Assembly (NCBI GenBank): GCA_000934665.2
Contig: KZ538579.1
Location: forward strand, 1 to 60,563
Origin: Catajapyx aquilonaris
Lineage: Eukaryota
Direction of reading: 5' to 3'
Length of the DNA stretch: 60,563 nucleotides
The stretch's first letter is position 1. Each line of letters opens with the position of its first letter. Below, piece after piece: positions 50,901 to 59,900 of the stretch. Both the position numbers and the translations under genes were made by a program. A model generated the notes under the pieces. The model ran no database searches, was not told the DNA's origin, and worked only from the letters and a program-made list of their open reading frames with translations.

Positions 50901-53900
50901 GATTAACCCGTGCGAGCCATCGCCTTGCGGTGCCAACGCCAAGTGTACGGAGCGGAATGGCGCAGGAGCCTGCGCGTGTCTTCCTGAATACTTCGGCGAT
51001 CCATACGTCGGCTGCAGACCTGAATGTGTCGTCAACACAGACTGCCCTCGTACTAAGGCTTGTGTTAGCAACAAATGCAGCGACCCATGTCCTGGCCTCT
51101 GTGGATCCAACGCTGAATGCCAAGTGCGGAACCATGTGCCTAGCTGTACCTGTCTGGTCGGGTACACCGGTAACCCACTCTCGTCGTGCAACCCAACACC
51201 TAGTAAGTACCGCAATTTACGTACCCAGTACATCTGTTACATATGGTTATCATTACAGCGACTCCTCCGAAAGTACTGCCCGACACCGACCCATGCCTGC
51301 CATCACCGTGCGGTCCATACAGCCAGTGCCGTGCTCTCAATGGGTACGCGGTATGCTCATGCGAACCAGGGTATGTCGGAGCCCCACCGGGATGCAAGCC
51401 GGAGTGCGTCGTGAGTTCAGAGTGCAGCCTGGAGAAGGCCTGTCTGGAGCTCAAATGTCGCGACCCATGCCCTGGAACGTGCGGTAGAAACGCGCAATGC
51501 AAGGTCGTCAACCACAATCCCATCTGCAGCTGTCCGATAGGCCACACTGGAGATCCCTTCACGGCATGTCTGCCTGAAATAGGTAGGTAGTTGACATTAA
51601 TGGTGCTACATTCGCCAGTACGACACCATTAATGTGATCAGCCAGTGTCATTTACTAACATGCTGATTTTCATCTGCAGTGACCTCATCTGAGAGGACTC
51701 CGGTTGACCCCTGCGTGCCTTCCCCATGTGGACCATACTCCCAGTGCCAGGTCAAAGGTCAGCATCCGGCCTGCTCCTGCTCGCCCGGATACATTGGACG
51801 CCCGCCGAACTGTCGTCCTGAATGTGCGATCGACCCTGACTGTCCACCCAACCTGTCCTGTCTCTCCGAGAAGTGTCAAGACCCATGCCCCGGGGCGTGT
51901 GGCAGCCTGGCCGTGTGTCGCGTGTCGAGTCATCGCCCGCAATGCGCGTGTCCACCAGGATACACAGGAGATCCGTACTCAGGATGCTACCAGATCCCGG
52001 AAAGTAAGTTCGCATGCATTTTTTTGTTGGGTTCGGCATTTATTCACTACTACTTTTCTGACTCGAGTTCTGTCATGACGCGACCGTATAACCCCCAAAA
52101 AAATAACCGGACCGACCCTATGCAATTAACACGACGGTTAATTGTTACAATGACGTTTCAGCAACAAGCCAGAAAACGTACCTTCCCGAAACAAGGAACC
52201 CGTGTTCCCCGTCTCCATGTGGGGCGAACGCAAAGTGCACTGAGCGCAACGGAGCGGGTTCATGCACTTGTTACCCAGAGTACTTTGGCGACCCTTACGT
52301 TGGGTGCAGGCCAGAGTGCATCGTGAACTCAGAGTGCCCCCGGAACAAGGCCTGTGTCAGCAACAAATGTCGTGACCCCTGCCCCGGAGTGTGCGGCCCC
52401 AATGCCCTCTGCTCCGTTGTAAATCACGTGCCCACCTGCTCTTGCTTTGAGGGGTACACAGGCAACCCTCTCTCTGCATGCCACCTCCTTCCACGTAAGG
52501 CTGATTTGTCTTGTTTCTGTTGCATGTATTTTGCATGATCACTTTTCTGTCCAGCTGTGACCAAGGCCCCGCCACTTCCCGACGCTGACCCCTGTGTGCC
52601 ATCCCCATGCGGACCACACAGTCAGTGTAGAGCACTGAACGGGTATGCCATTTGCTCGTGCCTTCCCAACTACGTCGGAAGCCCTCCTGCATGTAGACCC
52701 GAGTGTGTGGTCAGCTCCGAATGTTCCCTGGAAAAGGCATGTCTTGACCTCAAGTGTCGTGACCCCTGCCCCGGAACATGCGGAACCAACGCTGTCTGCC
52801 GTGTGGTCAACCACAATCCAATCTGCAGCTGTCCTCCAGGCCTTGCAGGAGATCCATTTGTTCGCTGCCTTCCCCAGCCAAGTACTTTATATGCCTTTTC
52901 ACTCTCTGATTTTGTCAGTGTACCCGTCAAACGTGGTGAGATTGTGCCAGGTTGGGTGAGATTGTCCCAGATGGGGTGAGATTGTGCCAGATGGGGTGAG
53001 ATTGTGCCAGATGGGATGAGATTGTGCCAGGTGGAGTGAGATTGTGCCAGTTGTGGCGAGATTGGGCCAGATGATGTGAGGTTGGGCCAGGTAGGGATGA
53101 GATTGGGTCAGGTGGGGTGAGATTGTGCCAGATGGGGTGAGATTGTGCCAGTTGTGGCGAGATTGGGCCAGATGAGGTGAGGTTGTGCCAGTTGTGGCGA
53201 GATTGTGCCAGAGGGGGTGAGATTGGGTCAGGTGGGGATGAGTTGGGCCAGGTAGGGATGAGTTGTGCCTGGTCGGGGGTGAGATTGGCCAGCGCATTTT
53301 TGGGATAACAGTGCCCTGCTGGCAGCAAGCGAATTTAGGCATGTTTCACTAATACATTGAGGAATGGTTAAGGTTGGCAATGACGTGGTAGGGCGCACTG
53401 TTGTCCCCCCTCGAAAAATGGCACAATCTCACCACGTTTGACGGGTATGTGAGCTAGAATCTATGACCTTGCATGATTTTCTGTCTCTCTCTTTCTTTGA
53501 CTCCAGCTCCTCCAGTCCGAGGTCACGAAGACAGAGACCGCGTCAGTCCCTGCGTCCCCTCCCCTTGCGGTCCCTTCTCCCAGTGTCAGGTCAAGGGTCA
53601 GCAACCCGCTTGCTCGTGCCTCTCCGGGTACGTGGGCCGTCCCCCCACCTGCCGTCCGGAATGCTCCATTGACCCCGAGTGCCCCAGCAACCTGGCTTGC
53701 GTCACGGAGAAGTGTCGCGACCCTTGCCCCGGAGCATGCGGGTCAAACGCTCAGTGCTCGGTGTTTGGTCACAGACCAAGATGTTCCTGTTTGCATGGCT
53801 TTCAAGGAGACCCCTTCTCGGGCTGCTATCCCATCCCGGAAAGTAAGGCCTTCTATGTTTCCTTACACCACTAATATAAACCGGACTCACCAACCCCACA

Positions 53901-56900
53901 CACTAATCAGAGAGATCCCAATGGTGACAACAATGATCACACGCTTCCAATCAAGTTATTTAAAGCAATTGAAAGTATCCCATGGAGGATCGCATATTTT
54001 AATGCTCATGCCTTTTTTTGTTGAAAAAAGCATTACAGGAGCATTAAAATGTGTAATGCTCCATGGGAGACTTGAGTAGTTGCGGCTTTCAGTGAAATTC
54101 TTGCGAACAATGTTAGTGTATAAACGTTTTTGCCGATTAGCAATACGTGCAAATATTTCAAAAAATTAATGAGCATTATTAGAATATAATGCTCACAATT
54201 CAGCGCAAAGTTTATACATGCTTCCTATTTACATGAATATCCGGAATCATACTGTAGATTTCGCCACGCCATTTTTTTTGGCAGGAGTCCTATGATGTGC
54301 TTAGTTATAAAAATTATTACATTTATTTATGCGAAGTAATTACATATTTTGAACACATAATTGGCAGCCATGAAAGAGCTTTATGCTCATTCTGAAAGGA
54401 CATAATAATGTCGCACCAGGATTTTAACAAATTAGTAATCTTAGATGACATTCTGAGATTGTACTGTACATTACCCTGTACTTACGAGCGTATTATAAAA
54501 TTAATGCCACGTATTATTTATGCAATAATCACGCGTTTTTCTGCCCATAATTGGCAGAGTAATGAAGGAGCTTTATGCTCATTCTGAGAGGACAAAATGT
54601 TGCACCAGGATTTTTAGGTATAGTAATCGAAGATGACTGAGATTGTACATGACCCTGTACAGTTCTAATTACTAAAACAATTATTATCAGCAGCCATTTG
54701 GTTCACCTACATATTTGTGGTTTTTGCAAAAATTGAAAGCAACATATTTTTGACACCTGTTGTATAGATCAATATGATGATAAATTAAAGGCCACACGTT
54801 TCTTTGACCAAACCAATAGCACATAACATACTAAGAGGACCACTCATTCTGTTGGGAACATACCGCTGTCATAATTAGCATTCACTTGGGTTCCCCCAGG
54901 ATTTTTGGTCTCTGCACTAAAAAGTGTGTAACCAATTCGTAACAAGTCACTAAGCAAACTGACAACTAACGCGATTAAAACTTGACTGATCATTATTTCA
55001 GCAACCACATCAATTCCGAAAGAATTAGGAAACCCATGCGACCCGTCGCCATGCGGGTCAAATGCAAGGTGTCAGGAGAGGAATGGGGCGGGTGCTTGTA
55101 CCTGTCTGCCCGAGTATTTCGGCGACCCGTACGTCGGTTGTCGTCCTGAATGTGTCACCAACTCAGATTGCGATAGGACCAAGAACTGCGTCAGCAACAA
55201 ATGCAGGGACCCGTGCCCCGGGTTATGCGGACCAAACGCGGAATGCCATGTGTCCAACCACGTGCCGACATGTAGTTGCATCGTAGGATATACCGGTGAC
55301 CCATTCTCCGCATGTCATCCCATACCACGTAAGGTTGTATAGCCTGGGGATTGGTTGGGGGAGACTTAGAAATGCTTTCTGTGTTGTAGCCCCGACCAAA
55401 CGACCACCTGAGGTGCGCGACCCTTGCGTACCGTCCCCATGCGGTCCGCACAGCCAGTGCAGGAACCTCAATGGGTACGCTGTGTGCTCATGCAATCCCA
55501 CGTACATTGGAAGCCCTCCTGCATGTCGACCCGAGTGTGTGGTCAGCTCCGAATGTTCCCTGGAGAAAGCATGCCTTGACCGGAAATGTCGCGACCCTTG
55601 CCCCGGAACATGCGGTCAGAATGCCATCTGCAGGGTGGTGAACCACAATCCGATCTGCAGCTGCCCTCCAGGTCACGAGGGTGACCCGTTCGTTGCATGC
55701 CATCCCCAGCCCAGTAAGCTCTGTCCGTTGTCCAGTGTTGAGGTCACTTTATTGCATGTTGCATGTCTTGCTTCAGCTCAACCCACAAAGGATGTGAGGC
55801 CACCCAACCCTTGCGTGCCTTCCCCATGCGGACCCTACTCCCAGTGCCAGGTCAAAGGTCAGCAGCCCGCCTGCTCATGCTCGCCTAGATACGTCGGACG
55901 TCCTCCAAACTGCCGTCCGGAATGCACAGTGGATTCGGAATGCCCTTCGAATCTGGCCTGCATATCCGAAACATGTCGTGACCCTTGCCCCGGAGCATGC
56001 GGGTCAAACGCGCAATGCACTGTGTTCAACCACAGGCCCAGATGCTCGTGTGTACCAGGCTACCAAGGAGATCCTTTCTCCGGATGCTACCCACTCCCGG
56101 AGAGTAAGTCATAAATTAATTGTGCGCATTGAACTTGTAGGTATAACGGCTTCTACTTTGGTGAGCTAGGCACGACTCAAACTCCTAAGGAATATGCGAC
56201 CCCATGCAATCCATCCCCATGCGGTGCAAATGCCAGGTGCGAGGAACGTAACGGTGCAGGTGCATGTACCTGCTACCCTGAGTACTTCGGCGATCCGTAC
56301 GTCGGTTGTCGTCCTGAATGCGTCACCAACTCTGATTGCGATAGGACCAAGAACTGCGTCAGCAACAAGTGCAGGGACCCATGCCCCGGATTATGCGGAC
56401 CAAATGCGGAATGTTACGTTTCAAACCACATACCGACATGTAGCTGCATTGTAGGGTTCACCGGAGATGCGTTTTCAGCGTGTCATCCCATACCACGTAA
56501 GAGAGCCTAAGGTTGCATTGTGTTGAGCATGTTTAGTAACCACCATTTGCATGGTCCAGCTTCCACCACGGTCAGACCTGAAAAAAGTGACCCTTGCGTA
56601 CCGTCCCCATGCGGTCCGTACAGCCAGTGCAGGAACCTCAATGGCTATGCTGTATGCTCATGCGAACCAACGTACATTGGAAGCCCTCCTGCATGTCGAC
56701 CCGAGTGTGTGGTCAGCTCCGAATGTTCCCTGGAGAAAGCATGTCTTGACCGGAAATGTCGCGACCCTTGCCCCGGAACATGCGGGAGGAACGCCCACTG
56801 CAGGGTCGTGAACCACAACCCGATATGCAGCTGCCCTCCAGGTCACGCTGGTGACCCCTTCTCTGCATGCTACCCCCAACCGAGTAAGCAACTTTTTTCC

Positions 56901-59900
56901 TTTTATTTCTATTTTTTCCATCTTGAGTGCATGACCTTCTCTTTCTCCAGCTCCTCCTCCAGAAAGGGAGGATCCCACAAGAAACCCATGCGTGCCTTCT
57001 CCATGCGGTTCGTATTCGCAGTGTCAGGTCAAAGGTCAGCAGCCTGCATGCTCCTGCTCCCCTGGATATATCGGGCGACCTCCAAACTGCAGGCCCGAAT
57101 GCACATCCGACCCCGAATGCCCTTCGAATCTGGCTTGCATTACTGAGAAGTGTCGTGACCCTTGCCCCGGAGCATGCGGGTCAAACGCCCAGTGCACCGT
57201 GGTGGGTCACAGGCCACGTTGCGCGTGTCTGCCCGGATTCGAAGGCGATCCATTCTCAGGGTGTTTGCCCATGCAAAGTAAGATCATTTTGACAATGTTC
57301 ATTCCACCAGCAGATTAGTCACACCAGTGCATTGTTGCAGCAACTACTGAAATACCGAGGGAGCACCGTACTCCTTGCGAGCCATCCCCATGCGGTTCTA
57401 ATGCCAGGTGCGAGGAACGAAACGGTGCGGGTTCATGCACCTGTTTGCCCGAGTATTTCGGCGACCCTTACTCTGGGTGTCGACCCGAGTGTGTGGTCAA
57501 CTCTGATTGCGATCGGACCAAAACCTGCAACAACCACAAATGCACTGACCCATGCCCCGGATTGTGCGGACCAAACGCTGATTGCCATGTGTCCAACCAC
57601 ATCCCGACATGTAGCTGCATTGTAGGGTACACCGGTGATCCGTTCACTGCATGTCATCCTGTCCCACGTAAGTACACAGGTCAAAAGGTCGAGAGGTCAA
57701 GTTGTAACGCGGTTTGTCCACGCAGCGTCAACCACTGGACGACCTGAAAGAAGCGACCCTTGCGTACCGTCCCCATGCGGTCCGTACAGCAAGTGCAGGA
57801 ACTTGAATGGGTATGCGATATGCTCGTGTGACCCCGGATACGTGGGGTCACCACCTGCATGTCGACCCGAGTGTGTGGTCAGCTCTGAATGCCCCTTAGA
57901 GCAAGCATGTCTTGACCGGAAATGTCGCGACCCTTGCCCCGGAACATGCGGAAGGAACGCCCACTGCAGGGTCATCAACCACAATGCGATATGCAGCTGC
58001 CCTCCAGGTCACACGGGTGACCCCTTCTCATCGTGCCATCCTGAACCGAGTAAGATAAGCCTCTTGCATATCCGGATTCCCGTTAATTTGTGATGCATGT
58101 TTTAGCTACACCGGTGAGAGGTCACGATTCGACCCCGAGACCCAACCCGTGCGTGCCCTCCCCATGCGGGCCCTACTCCCAGTGCCAGGTCAAAGGTCAG
58201 CAGCCTGCATGCTCCTGCTCCCCTGGATATGTCGGGCGCCCTCCAAACTGCCGACCTGAATGCACTTCTGACCCCGAGTGCCCTTCCAATCTGGCCTGCA
58301 TTGCCGAGAAGTGTCGTGACCCTTGCCCCGGAGCATGCGGGTCAAACGCCCAGTGCACTGTGCACAACCACAGGCCCAGATGCTCGTGTCTGCCAGGCTA
58401 CCAAGGAGATCCTTTCTCCGGATGCTACCCGGTGCCAGAAAGTAAGGCTCGTCATTTCGACCTGTTGTTGTGACCCTTGACCGTTGTTGTGGATTTTCAG
58501 CATCCCCGCATCCAACACCGGATCATAGAAACCCGTGCGATCCAACCCCATGTGGGGCCAATGCCAAATGCGAAGAGCGTAACGGTGCAGGAGCGTGTAC
58601 TTGCTTTCCGGAATACTTCGGCGACCCTTACGTCGAATGCAGGCCCGAATGCGTCACCAACTCTGATTGCGATCGAACCAGAAATTGCGTCAGCAACAAA
58701 TGTCGTGACCCATGCCCCGGATTATGCGGGCCAAATGCGGAATGCTTTGTCGCAAACCACATCCCGACATGTAGCTGCATTGTAGGCTACACCGGAGATC
58801 CTTTCACCGCATGTCATCCTGTCCCACGTAAGCATGTTTTTGATTTGGGTGAACGTTGCATGTGTTAAGCCTTTCTCTTTGCATGGTCCAGCTTCCACCA
58901 CGGTCAGACCCGAAAAAAGTGACCCTTGCGTACCGTCCCCATGCGGTCCGTACAGCCAGTGCAGGAACCTCAATGGGTATGCGATATGCTCATGCAATCC
59001 TACGTACATTGGAAGCCCTCCTGCATGTCGACCTGAATGTGTAGTGAGCGCTGAATGTTCATTGGAAAAGGCATGTGTTGACCGAAAATGTCGTGACCCA
59101 TGCCCCGGAACATGCGGAAGGAACGCCCACTGCAGGGTCGTGAACCACAACCCGATATGCAGCTGCCCTCCAGGTCACGCTGGTGACCCCTTCTCTGCAT
59201 GCTACCCCCAACCGAGTAAGCCCATACTTTTCTTGTGTTGAGTGCATGATTGCATGATTTCTGTTCCCGTAGCTCCTCCTCCAGAAAGAGAAGATCCTAC
59301 AAGAAACCCGTGCGTGCCCTCCCCATGCGGGCCCTACTCGCAGTGCCAGGTCAAAGGTCAGCAGCCTGCATGCTCCTGCTCCCCTGCATACGTAGGCCGC
59401 CCACCCAACTGCCGACCAGAGTGCTCCACCGACCCTGAATGTCCAGCCAACCTGGCCTGCATATCCGAGAAATGTCGTGACCCTTGCCCCGGGGCATGCG
59501 GGTCAAACGCCCAGTGCACTGTGCACACCCACAGGCCCAGATGTTCGTGTATTCCAGGCTACCAAGGAGATCCATTCTCTGGATGCTTCCCCGTACCGCA
59601 AAGTAAGGCTTCATTTGACTGGTTAGTAGGGTGTGCAATCATGTGACTGGTTATTTCAGCAACTCCTCCAACTAAGGAGCATGTCAGACCGTGTGACCCC
59701 TCGCCATGTGGGTCAAATGCGAAATGCGAGGAAAGAAATGGGGCGGGTGCTTGCACATGTCTGCCCGAATATTTCGGCGATCCGTATGTCGGGTGCAGAC
59801 CCGAGTGTGTCACTAACACTGATTGTGACAGGACCAAGAACTGCGTGAATAATAAGTGCAGGGATCCGTGTCCAGGATTATGCGGGCCAAACGCGGAATG

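Noticed and set aside
52899..53342. Repetitive ORFs (HNLTPSGTISPHLAQS...)
   Set aside because: Translation of the 20-bp MITE minisatellite, not a gene.
53895..54930. Possible ~1-kb TIR element in the long C-A intron
   Set aside because: Only weak CACAC...GTGTG end similarity; no convincing TIR, TSD or transposase ORF.
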